DNA of 45,533 bases from a virus. The position numbers and the translations under genes were made by a program. The notes below the pieces were generated by a model. That model had not been told where the DNA came from and did no database searches. It saw only the letters and a program-made list of their open reading frames with translations. Positions 34,266 through 41,462 of the stretch are shown piece by piece. The number at the start of each line of letters is the position of its first letter. Positions within the stretch are counted from its first letter, which is position 1. The DNA is taken from the IMG/VR virus record IMGVR_UViG_3300021405_000002; one strand, given 5' to 3'.

Positions 34266-34501
34266 TGGTCATGGTCCTGGTGAAACTTCCAATCGCCATA
34301 ATCGGCCGCCGGATCGTCGTCGTTTTCGTTGTCCCGATCGTCGATCGCGCGGATGGCTTGAACGACGCGCGACCAAAAGCCATCGGTGGTGCGGTTGGCG
34401 CAGTGGATGGCCCAGGCGAGGGCGTTGAAGAGGCCGCGGTCTTCGACCAGGGTTTCGGCGTGTTCTTGCGCCTCACGCTGCAGGCGGTCAGGGTTGCTCA
34501 T
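34262..34501 (-). CDS. Hypothetical protein with acidic C-terminus
   Basis: 79 aa with ...DDRDNENDDDPAADYGDW. Confidence 0.5.
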   Translation of the reverse strand: MSNPDRLQREAQEHAETLVEDRGLFNALAWAIHCANRTTDGFWSRVVQAIRAIDDRDNENDDDPAADYGDWKFHQDHDQ

Positions 34502-34514
34502 GGGCGTTGTCCTT

Positions 34515-34724
34515 TTAGCTATCTGAGGGTTCGAAGCGGCCGAAACTGGCGCGCACGAGGCGCGACTCGACCATGGACGTGAGGATGTCGAGTTGCGTGC
34601 AATCGAGTTCGCTGCCGCTGGCCAGGTCGCATTCGTCGCGAATGGCTTGCGGGTTCAGATTGGCGACGCGCAGCAAACGTTTGCTGATACGGTCCGCCAG
34701 TTTGCTGAGATAAGCGCGTTGCAT
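34515..34724 (-). CDS. Hypothetical protein
   Basis: 69 aa with AGGAGA upstream of the ATG. Confidence 0.5.
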   Translation of the reverse strand: MQRAYLSKLADRISKRLLRVANLNPQAIRDECDLASGSELDCTQLDILTSMVESRLVRASFGRFEPSDS

Positions 34725-34839
34725 TTGCGTATTCTCCTATGAGGCTCGCCCGTCCTGAGCCTCAATTTGCCTGGCGTTGCGGCCCTCTTTCCAACTATCA
34801 TTTGGACGATTTGGCAACCAGGTCGTTCTTTCGATGAAT

Positions 34840-34869
34840 ACTATATGGGGGCTATCATGCGCTTATCAA
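34840..34869 (-). promoter_or_regulatory. Sigma70-like promoter sharing a TTGATAAGCGCATGATA core with 36865-36892
   Basis: The minus strand reads TTGATAagcgcatgatagcccccaTATAGT. The -35 overlaps the stop codon of 34866..35519. Confidence 0.45.
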
Positions 34870-35519
34870 GTGCGCAAAGTGCGATGATATTGATAATAAT
34901 TGCTGTCATCGACGGCTTGGTCGTATTCCCGCGTGCTCATTTGCGCGTCGGTTGGAACGAAGCGAAGGCGGCAAAAATTGAAAGCTTCCTGGCTGGAGGC
35001 GAAACGGCGTTCGTCGTAAGCGGGATGGCCGCGCAGGGGTCCGGTTTCGCTCTCGCGCCAAGCCCAGCCAGGTTTCTCGCCCCGATCGAATTCGATGGTG
35101 AAAGTTTGGCTCGGGCCGCCCAAGGGGTCTTTGAGCGTGTGAGCTCCGGCGAAACGGGAGGCGCGCGGATTGGCGCGGCCGACGTCGAGGGCGGCGAATT
35201 TTGAACGTTTGACCTGGTCGGCGGCGACGCGCAGGCGATCGCGAATCGCGGCGTTCACGTATTTGTGGATAAAGGCCTCGCGACCGAGCGAACGGTATTC
35301 GGCGGCCACTTTGGGGTAGCGCATTTGACCGGCGTGCCAGGTTCCGGCGGCGCGGAGGCTCGCCATCGTGGCGGGCCGCAACCCTGACGCGCGGGATACA
35401 ACTGAAGGTTTAACGCCCTCGCAGAGGGCGGCGTAAAAGGCGCACATTTCGTCGAAGGGGAGGCGCATTGCATGTCGATCTATTTGGTTTTCCACAATGT
35501 CGGCGAATGGGTTTTCCAT
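34866..35519 (-). CDS. Hypothetical protein
   Basis: 217-aa ORF with GAGGA 6 nt before the ATG. Confidence 0.6.
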   Translation of the reverse strand: MENPFADIVENQIDRHAMRLPFDEMCAFYAALCEGVKPSVVSRASGLRPATMASLRAAGTWHAGQMRYPKVAAEYRSLGREAFIHKYVNAAIRDRLRVAADQVKRSKFAALDVGRANPRASRFAGAHTLKDPLGGPSQTFTIEFDRGEKPGWAWRESETGPLRGHPAYDERRFASSQEAFNFCRLRFVPTDAQMSTREYDQAVDDSNYYQYHRTLRT

Positions 35520-35551
35520 TTTCAGTCCTCAGAACATATTAGAACGCTTGG

Positions 35552-35702
35552 GACTTTAGTTCGCTAATACGGTTTAGGTCTATAACTATTGCGCGAGAGA
35601 AAAGAAAAAATCCGCTAGCATGGAAATCCATGTCAGTGAAAACGAGATCATGTTGTCTCGCGCAATAGTTTTAGGGGTAAATCGTATTAGCGACTTAAAG
35701 TC
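35552..35702. repeat. Long imperfect inverted repeat (47-49-nt arms, 55-nt AT-rich spacer)
   Basis: Arms are 35552-35600 and 35656-35702. About 40 of 47 positions are complementary by hand alignment. The spacer contains the palindrome CATGGAaaTCCATG (35619-35632) and a T-rich run on the minus strand. Confidence 0.8.
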
Positions 35703-35751
35703 TGAGGGCTTCTATAGAACCCTATCAGACTAAGCGGAGAACCTCTCAAAC

Positions 35752-35775
35752 GCCGGCGCGAAGTCTCGCGCCGGC
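35752..35775 (-). terminator. GC-rich hairpin (10-bp stem, 4-nt loop), possible intrinsic terminator
   Basis: GCCGGCGCGA-agtc-TCGCGCCGGC. It is followed on the minus strand by GTTTGAG (weak U-tract) and lies 38 nt after the stop at 35813. Confidence 0.45.
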
Positions 35776-35812
35776 TCGCCAGTTCTGTCAATCTCCCGAA
35801 TGCCCGTTTCCC

Positions 35813-35908
35813 TTATCCGCCAAACCAAACGCAGCAAACGAACGCGCCAAACCCAGCAAACAAGCAAACCAAAAAGCCCGTCCAATCAAGCTTGTCATCA
35901 AGGCTCAT
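35813..35908 (-). CDS. 31-aa hydrophobic micro-protein
   Basis: MSLDDKLDWTGFLVCLFAGFGAFVCCVWFGG. The ATG at 35908 overlaps the upstream stop (ATGA). Confidence 0.4.
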   Translation of the reverse strand: MSLDDKLDWTGFLVCLFAGFGAFVCCVWFGG

Positions 35909-36156
35909 CGCAAACCTCCCTTGAAACTGAACCGCGCAAGCCAGGTCGGACCAAGCCGATTGCGCAACCCATGCAGCAATGGCGCGTGATCGCTCGGCAA
36001 ACAGCGACCGTAAACGTGGTCGCCCCAGGCCTTCATGAGCTCGGCCTTCCAATGGCGGCCATGGTGCAGCTGCCAATAGGCCAAAGCTTGCAACTCGGCC
36101 GGCGAAAGGCGCGCGCCGCGTTGCGGCCGCTTCTCGCGTGTTTTTGTCTTTTCCAC
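35905..36156 (-). CDS. Hypothetical basic protein
   Basis: GTG at 36156 with AGGAAAGG upstream. Sequence LSPAELQALAYWQLHHGRHWKAELMKAW...LHGLRNRLGPTWLARF. Confidence 0.5.
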   Translation of the reverse strand: MEKTKTREKRPQRGARLSPAELQALAYWQLHHGRHWKAELMKAWGDHVYGRCLPSDHAPLLHGLRNRLGPTWLARFSFKGGLR

Positions 36157-36240
36157 TTTGTTAAACCTTTCCTGTTGCCAGCATCGCCAGTGCAAAGACT
36201 AGCGATGCAAATGTTAAGATGTTTGGTAGTATAGCGCCGA

Positions 36241-36852
36241 TCATGCCAAGCACTCGACATGATAGGCGCTAACGGCGTCCGCGCTTGCCAATGAGCGGTT
36301 GGCGCGCGAACCGGCGACGGTTTCGCACCAGGTATTCCACCAATGGCGCGCGCCGCCTGTTTCTAAGCATAGTTCCAAGTAATGCTTGATCTTGGCAAGC
36401 TTAGTATTATGCTTTACTGTTTTCGCAAGCTTAAACGCGCTCTCGCCAAGACCAAGTCGGCGCAAGTTGTGGGTGTCGAGGCATGAGGCCTCGAGACCGC
36501 AAATTTGCGCAACGAACGCCGCCTTGACAATGCCGAGACCTGGCACGTTCGACAAGACGTCGACCGCGCCAATGGCGTCATTGACTTGGCAAGCCTTGAC
36601 GATTGCAGCGTGAAGCACATGCTTATGCTCGAGAGCATAAGCATAGCCATCGCGCTTGCTGCCAAACAGATACTTCGATGTTGCGCCGTTGGCGCGGACA
36701 TCGCGCATCTGGTTGGCGACGGAGCTCAACGGTTGCTGGATTGTGCAGAGCACAAAGCCGATCACGTCGACGAGTCCATCGGGCGAGGCAAGCGCATGCG
36801 CTTGCATGATAGGCATATCGCGGTCATACATGATAAGTCTCATTAACCTCAT
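36241..36852 (-). CDS. HhH-GPD superfamily DNA-glycosylase-like protein
   Basis: VPGLGIVKAAFVAQICGLEASCLDTHNLRRL aligns by eye with the EndoIII segment [31 protein letters not shown] (helix-hairpin-helix plus catalytic Asp). Confidence 0.55.
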   Translation of the reverse strand: MRLMRLIMYDRDMPIMQAHALASPDGLVDVIGFVLCTIQQPLSSVANQMRDVRANGATSKYLFGSKRDGYAYALEHKHVLHAAIVKACQVNDAIGAVDVLSNVPGLGIVKAAFVAQICGLEASCLDTHNLRRLGLGESAFKLAKTVKHNTKLAKIKHYLELCLETGGARHWWNTWCETVAGSRANRSLASADAVSAYHVECLA

Positions 36853-36864
36853 TAGTACCAATGA

Positions 36865-36892
36865 GATATAAGGCTTATCATGCGCTTATCAA
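36865..36892 (-). promoter_or_regulatory. Sigma70-like early promoter (TTGATA-16 nt-TATATC)
   Basis: The minus strand reads TTGATAagcgcatgataagcctTATATC, 12 nt before the ATG at 36852. Confidence 0.45.
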
Positions 36893-36955
36893 GCGCATAT
36901 CATGCGCTATGTTAGCATGGCAGCTATGCCGGAGCTCGGGGCCAATTGTGGCGCG

Positions 36956-36984
36956 ATGTCCGATAATGTTAAATTATCGGACAT
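36956..36984. promoter_or_regulatory. Perfect 12-bp-arm palindrome ATGTCCGATAAT-gttaa-ATTATCGGACAT (operator candidate)
   Basis: Read directly from the sequence. It lies in the divergent intergenic region. Confidence 0.6.
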
Positions 36985-36986
36985 GA

Positions 36987-37008
36987 CATGCGCCTTGCTG
37001 CGCGCATG
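36987..37008. promoter_or_regulatory. Inverted repeat CATGCGC-8 nt-GCGCATG, part of an array of CATGCGC half-sites
   Basis: The CATGCGC heptamer also occurs in 36875-36910 (twice) and near 34855. Confidence 0.5.
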
Positions 37009-37097
37009 ATTTAAACACATCCGCCTTGGTCTAATCGCTATTGCGGAAACGCAGAAGGCCCCCCTCGAGGTTTTCTGATTTGGGGCCCCGGGCGCAC

Positions 37098-37126
37098 TTA
37101 AGTCATGCCTCGGAATGTGTTAAACT
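37098..37126 (+). promoter_or_regulatory. Possible rightward promoter (TTAAGT-17 nt-TAAACT), 7 nt before the ATG at 37134
   Basis: Hexamers read from the sequence. The spacing implies a leaderless or near-leaderless transcript. Confidence 0.3.
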
Positions 37127-37133
37127 ATACCAC

Positions 37134-37523
37134 ATGACAAACTGTGAATACTGCGAACGGATCTTTAATGCCAGTCTTCACGAGTTGTTTTGCAGTAATC
37201 GCTGCTGTACGGCTTTTTCGCGTGAGAGGGATCTTGCGGAGAGGTTGGAGGCGTTATCAATTCCGGAGCCAAATAGCGGCTGCAAATTGTGGTTGGGCCA
37301 ATTAAATTCGAGGGGTTACGGGCAACTTCGCATCAGGAGAAAGTTTCGAAGAGTTCATCAAGTTGCTTACGAGCTTGCGAAGGGGCCTATTCCGCCAGGC
37401 AAGATGATTTGTCATCGCTGTGATGTACAGATCTGTATAGAGGCTAATCATCTTTACGCTGGAACAGCGAAGACCAACTTTGACGACATGGTGCGCAGGG
37501 GGCGCTATAAACCGCCTCCATGA
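37134..37523 (+). CDS. HNH endonuclease (HNH_3-like)
   Basis: CKLWLGQLNSRGYGQL...RRVHQVAYEL...ICHRCDVQICIEANHLYAGTAKTNFDD. Confidence 0.75.
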   Translation: MTNCEYCERIFNASLHELFCSNRCCTAFSRERDLAERLEALSIPEPNSGCKLWLGQLNSRGYGQLRIRRKFRRVHQVAYELAKGPIPPGKMICHRCDVQICIEANHLYAGTAKTNFDDMVRRGRYKPPP

Positions 37524-38038
37524 GCCTTCCGGCCTATCCCTGGGACGCCCGTCCGGACGCGATGCCTCTCACCGCGGACGAGGTGTGTGAAGCCCTCTAC
37601 CAAGCGGAGGGCGACATCACCGCGGCCAGCCAGCGGCTGAAGGTTGGCTCGCTGATTTTGCGCAAGTTCATCGAGCGTTCCTCCCGCGCCAGAGCCGTGG
37701 TCAGAGAAATGGACATGCGGCTGGCGGACAAGGCGCGATCGAAGCTCGCCCAAGCTCTGGACGATCACGACAATCGGCGGGTGGATTGGGCGATCCGGTA
37801 CGTTCTGAACTCGAAGAACGCGCGTCCGTTGGGTTGGGCCAGCAGCGATCCGAGCGAGGACGCTCAGCGCAACGCGCTTGCGGGTCCTCTCGTCACCCTG
37901 AACCTTCCGCCGGCGCAATGGGCGGACGGCACGGCGATTGGGCCCAGGGAGCTTGCCAAGAACGTGATCGAGTTGCATCCCTCGTCCCAGCTGCCAACGA
38001 TCCCGAAGGCAAGCGAGACGGACCCCGGTGACCGGTGA
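37520..38038 (+). CDS. terS: Terminase small subunit (putative)
   Basis: 172 aa directly upstream of and overlapping terL. HTH-like segment ITAASQRLKVGSLILRKFIE. Confidence 0.6.
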   Translation: MSLPAYPWDARPDAMPLTADEVCEALYQAEGDITAASQRLKVGSLILRKFIERSSRARAVVREMDMRLADKARSKLAQALDDHDNRRVDWAIRYVLNSKNARPLGWASSDPSEDAQRNALAGPLVTLNLPPAQWADGTAIGPRELAKNVIELHPSSQLPTIPKASETDPGDR

Positions 38039-39365
38039 CGACGGAGCTGACTTCGATCTGGTCGACGAGCCGGAGGCCAAGCTTGCGCCGGCGATCATCC
38101 CGTACATTCCTCGCCCGCATTTTCGTCCGCTGCATGCGTCGACCAAGCGCTGGATTTTCGCCGTCGCCCATCGCAGGGCTGGAAAAACCGTCGCCCTGGT
38201 CAACCAGCTGATCAGAGCCGCTCTATCGAACCCGCGACGTCATCCGCCGCCCCGGTATGCCTATGTTGGGCCCTCGTTCGACCAGGTGAAGGATTTATGT
38301 TGGGCCTATTTGAAGCACTATGCTGGCGGTTACCCTGGGGTGCGCTTTCTCGAGGGCGAGCTGACGGTGATTTTCCCGCATGGGGCGACGATCCGGCTGT
38401 ATGGCGGCGGGCAGGCTTATGAACGGATCCGGGGGATTTATCTCGATGGCGCGGTGTTGGACGAATATCCCTTGCTCAATCCGCGCGCTTGGACCTCTGT
38501 GGTTCGCCCCACTTTGGCGGATTACCGGGGATTCGCGGTCATTTCCGGCACCAGCAACGGCGACGACCATTTTCACGCCGTCAAGCTCAAGGCCGAAGAC
38601 GACGAGCAATGGGATGTATTCGACATCAAGATTACTGACACCGGGGAAGACGCGCTGAGTTTTGAAGAGCAAAGGGAACTAACGCGCGACATGCCGGCGG
38701 ACGAATACGCTAGAGAAATGCTCAATGCTTTCGATGCGCCGGTTGAGGGCGCGTATTATACGGAGAGTCTGAACGCCATCCAATCCCAGCATCGCATCGG
38801 TTCAGTTCCTGTCAATCTTTCCGGCACTTTGATCACCGGTTGGGACATCGGCATTCACGATTTTACTTGCATTTGGGTGTTTCAGTTGGTTGGCAAGGCG
38901 ATTCATTTCGTCGATTACATTGAGGATCGGGGGCACAAGGCCGAGCATTATCTGAATATTCTGGATCTAAAGGCGAAAGCTTGGGGGGTGCCGTTCAAGG
39001 CGCATATCCTGCCGCATGACGTCGAGGCGCGGGAGTGGATTTCGGGCGAGAGCCGGCGTTTCGGGCTGATGGACGCGACGCCGACGCCGATTCTGACCGC
39101 GGAACGCGTTTCCGACGCCGATGGGGTGAGCGCGGTGCGGGGAATTCTGGGGATAAGCTGGTTTGACGAGCAACGCTGCCGGCGGGGGCTGGCGCGGCTT
39201 CGAGGCTACAAGAAATCGAAGTTTGGCACGCCGGTGCACGACGATCACAGCCATGGCGCGGATGCGCTGAAGACGGTGGCGGTGGGGTTGCCGCATGTGA
39301 CGGCGCTGAGTTCGAGCCTGAGTTTCGGCCGGCGGCTGAGAAGGCGGATTCGGGGGCTTGTTTAG
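38028..39365 (+). CDS. terL: Terminase large subunit
   Basis: Walker A-like HRRAGKTV, Walker B IYLDGAVLDEY, and nuclease-domain acidic motifs WDIGIHDFT and HGADAL. Confidence 0.85.
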   Translation: MTGDDGADFDLVDEPEAKLAPAIIPYIPRPHFRPLHASTKRWIFAVAHRRAGKTVALVNQLIRAALSNPRRHPPPRYAYVGPSFDQVKDLCWAYLKHYAGGYPGVRFLEGELTVIFPHGATIRLYGGGQAYERIRGIYLDGAVLDEYPLLNPRAWTSVVRPTLADYRGFAVISGTSNGDDHFHAVKLKAEDDEQWDVFDIKITDTGEDALSFEEQRELTRDMPADEYAREMLNAFDAPVEGAYYTESLNAIQSQHRIGSVPVNLSGTLITGWDIGIHDFTCIWVFQLVGKAIHFVDYIEDRGHKAEHYLNILDLKAKAWGVPFKAHILPHDVEAREWISGESRRFGLMDATPTPILTAERVSDADGVSAVRGILGISWFDEQRCRRGLARLRGYKKSKFGTPVHDDHSHGADALKTVAVGLPHVTALSSSLSFGRRLRRRIRGLV

Positions 39366-39394
39366 CTCAACCCTGTTCTGCTAGCATCGGACAG

Positions 39395-39601
39395 ATGACC
39401 ACGCATGGGATTCGCGCCGATCGAGTGACGCTGAGCGTCAGTCCGGAACAGCAGGAATGGCTCAACGGTTTGGCGACGCGGTACGGCGTTTCGGTCAGCG
39501 ACATTTTGCGTCGGCTGATCGACGAGACGCGGGGCGCGTATTTGACGCCGCGCGACGCACGCTCGTCACGGGAGACGAGTAGTCAACGGGAAGCCGCCTA
39601 A
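39395..39601 (+). CDS. Ribbon-helix-helix (CopG/Arc-like) DNA-binding protein
   Basis: RVTLSVSPEQQEWLNGLATRYGVSVSDILRRLIDE fits a beta-strand plus two helices. Confidence 0.55.
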   Translation: MTTHGIRADRVTLSVSPEQQEWLNGLATRYGVSVSDILRRLIDETRGAYLTPRDARSSRETSSQREAA

Positions 39602-39619
39602 CCAAACTGGAGGACGCGC

Positions 39620-40312
39620 ATGGGTCAAGGATTTTACGCCTACATTCAGCCGATCGACGACGCCGCGCATCCCGATCAGGGGCTTCCTGGCGGCGGGCGT
39701 CCGGGTCATCGTCCTGGTCGTCCCGGCCGGCCGATCGATCCTGGTTTTGGCTGGGGCGGCGGCGAGCGTCCCGGTCATGGGCTTCCGCGGCCGCCGCACA
39801 CTTGGCCGCGCCCGCCTGGCGGCGGCCTTCCGGTCGATCCCGAATGGGGGATTCCGGAGGGCGGGCACTTGCATCCGGATCATGGTCTGCCGATCCATCC
39901 GATCGATCCGGAGCATCCCGATCAAGGCTTGCCGGAAGTTCCCGGCGTCGAGCCGCTGCCGCCCGATCCGCCCCCGGGCACGGTGTGGCCGCCTTTGCCG
40001 CCCGACGTTCCCGCCGGCCGCGCGCTCGCTTTGGTGGCGATCGAGGGCGTCGGTTATCGCTACGTGGTGATCGAGATTGGCGAGCGGCCGGTCGATCCGG
40101 ATTACGGCGTCGAGGAGGGAACCCCGGAGCATCCGGACGTGCAGCCGCCGCGCCCTGGCGTTCCGCCGCGGCCCGGTCAGGGGCTTCCGGGTCAGCGTCC
40201 GCCGGTCGCCGGTCAGCCGCTGCCGCCGCAGCGTCCCGGTCAACCGCCGCAGCCTGGCCAGGGCTTGCCGCAACCGCCGACCGCCCAGCCCAAGCCCGGG
40301 CAGCGGCGGTAA
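39620..40312 (+). CDS. Pro/Gly-rich repeat protein (HPDQGLP / xGLP repeats)
   Basis: GGAGG lies 7 nt before the ATG. 230 aa with one ordered-looking core (ALALVAIEGVGYRYVVIEIGERP). Confidence 0.6.
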   Translation: MGQGFYAYIQPIDDAAHPDQGLPGGGRPGHRPGRPGRPIDPGFGWGGGERPGHGLPRPPHTWPRPPGGGLPVDPEWGIPEGGHLHPDHGLPIHPIDPEHPDQGLPEVPGVEPLPPDPPPGTVWPPLPPDVPAGRALALVAIEGVGYRYVVIEIGERPVDPDYGVEEGTPEHPDVQPPRPGVPPRPGQGLPGQRPPVAGQPLPPQRPGQPPQPGQGLPQPPTAQPKPGQRR

Positions 40313-40424
40313 GAGATCCGGACCTGGTGGCTCGACGCGCGTACCAGGCGAGGATGGCGCTAAAGGCAAGCATCCGGCCCAGGGAGGCTGAAAGGCCTCC
40401 CACACTCTAACCGGGGGTTTTCCC

Positions 40425-41072
40425 ATGAATAAATTGGTGCTTTCAACCGCCTTGCTCGCCGCGATCGGCGCAACGCCGGCGCATGCGACGCTGCAGATCG
40501 AGGTCTTCGACAACGGCTCGCTGATCGACAACATCACTGGCGTCACCACGGGCGCGGCTTCGCTCACCGCCAGCGACGCCAATTTCGCCAACATCACCAT
40601 CGCCGCGCAGGGCTCTCCGATCTTGCCGAATGCGGACCTATCGAGCGTGACGCTCGACGCCAGCGCGGCGGCGGGCTTTACCGGCTCGCACACGCTGACC
40701 GTCGATGTGATCCAGAGCGCGATTTTCGGCACCGGAAACACGCTCTCGACGTTCACGGTCAACGGCTTGACCAACGATCCGGGTCCGACGATCGAATCGA
40801 CGTTCGCCGGCGGCGGTCTGCTGGCTACGCACACCTTTCCGGCGGCGTTGCTGGACGGCTCGGCTGGGCCGTTCTCGGCGGCGACGGGCGCGTTCACGAC
40901 GGACGAGACGCAATTCGCCGTTGACTTCACTGCGCCGCGGCAGTCGTTTGGCGGCTCGATCCAGTTGACGACTGGCGTTCCGGAATCTTCGACTTGGGTG
41001 ATGATGGGGCTAGGTTTCGCCGCGCTTGGCTTCGCCGGTTGGCGTCGTCGGGGCGCGCGTCTCGCGTTCTAG
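40425..41072 (+). CDS. Secreted PEP-CTERM-anchored protein
   Basis: Signal peptide MNKLVLSTALLAAIGATPAHA. C-terminus VPESSTWVMMGLGFAALGFAGWRRRGA gives the PEP-like motif, TM helix and Arg cluster. Confidence 0.75.
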   Translation: MNKLVLSTALLAAIGATPAHATLQIEVFDNGSLIDNITGVTTGAASLTASDANFANITIAAQGSPILPNADLSSVTLDASAAAGFTGSHTLTVDVIQSAIFGTGNTLSTFTVNGLTNDPGPTIESTFAGGGLLATHTFPAALLDGSAGPFSAATGAFTTDETQFAVDFTAPRQSFGGSIQLTTGVPESSTWVMMGLGFAALGFAGWRRRGARLAF

Positions 41073-41102
41073 CGGTCGTTTACCCCCAAGATCGCTGGAA
41101 TA

Positions 41103-41160
41103 GGGATCGGACGTCGGAGAGAGCCGCTAGCCATGGCGTCCGATCCCGCCGGGGTTTTCG
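41103..41160 (+). terminator. Possible intrinsic terminator (11-bp stem GGGATCGGACG/CGTCCGATCCC, then GGGGTTTT)
   Basis: Read from the sequence. The loop is long (23 nt), so confidence is moderate. Confidence 0.4.
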
Positions 41161-41412
41161 ATGTTAGGCACCGATCATTTCACCGGTGAGACGGTTGAAC
41201 AGGTTCTTACCCATCCTGGCCAGGCCCATTTCGCCATTCCCGGGGCTAAAACGCGCTGCAGCGCCTGTTGGTTCTGGTCGCCCAGGCGGGCCGGCGACAA
41301 AAAGGCGATTTGCGGCAAGGCCGCCTCGATGACGTCGGGGCGAAGGCCGCGGGCCATTCCCGCTTTTGCCACGATTTGTCAGTACTTTACCAAGACTGCG
41401 CCAGAGATTTGA
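41161..41412 (+). CDS. Cys-containing hypothetical protein
   Basis: 83 aa: GQAHFAIPGAKTRCSACWFW...KKAICGK...ATICQYF. Confidence 0.5.
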   Translation: MLGTDHFTGETVEQVLTHPGQAHFAIPGAKTRCSACWFWSPRRAGDKKAICGKAASMTSGRRPRAIPAFATICQYFTKTAPEI

Positions 41413-41462
41413 CCTCAACGGGAAACACGCGATAAATCCGCGCCGGGGGATGGGGCCGGCGC

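Noticed and set aside
34767-35204. 145-aa plus-strand ORF
   Set aside because: It lies antisense to the well-supported 34866..35519 gene (RBS, codon bias) and spans a promoter-like intergenic segment. It is likely spurious.
39495-40930. Very long minus-strand ORFs (302 aa and 454 aa) opposite the Pro/Gly-rich and PEP-CTERM genes
   Set aside because: They are Arg/Ala/Pro-rich with no motifs and lie antisense to ORFs that have an RBS, a signal peptide and a sorting motif. This is the typical shadow-ORF artefact of GC-rich DNA.
31771-41462. tRNA or other small RNA genes in the intergenic gaps (31771-31889, 36862-37133, 40313-40424, 41073-41160, 41413-41462)
   Set aside because: I could not fold any of these gaps into a cloverleaf with acceptor and anticodon arms by eye. 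The hairpins found are reported as regulatory or terminator candidates instead. A tRNAscan or Infernal run would be the decisive check.
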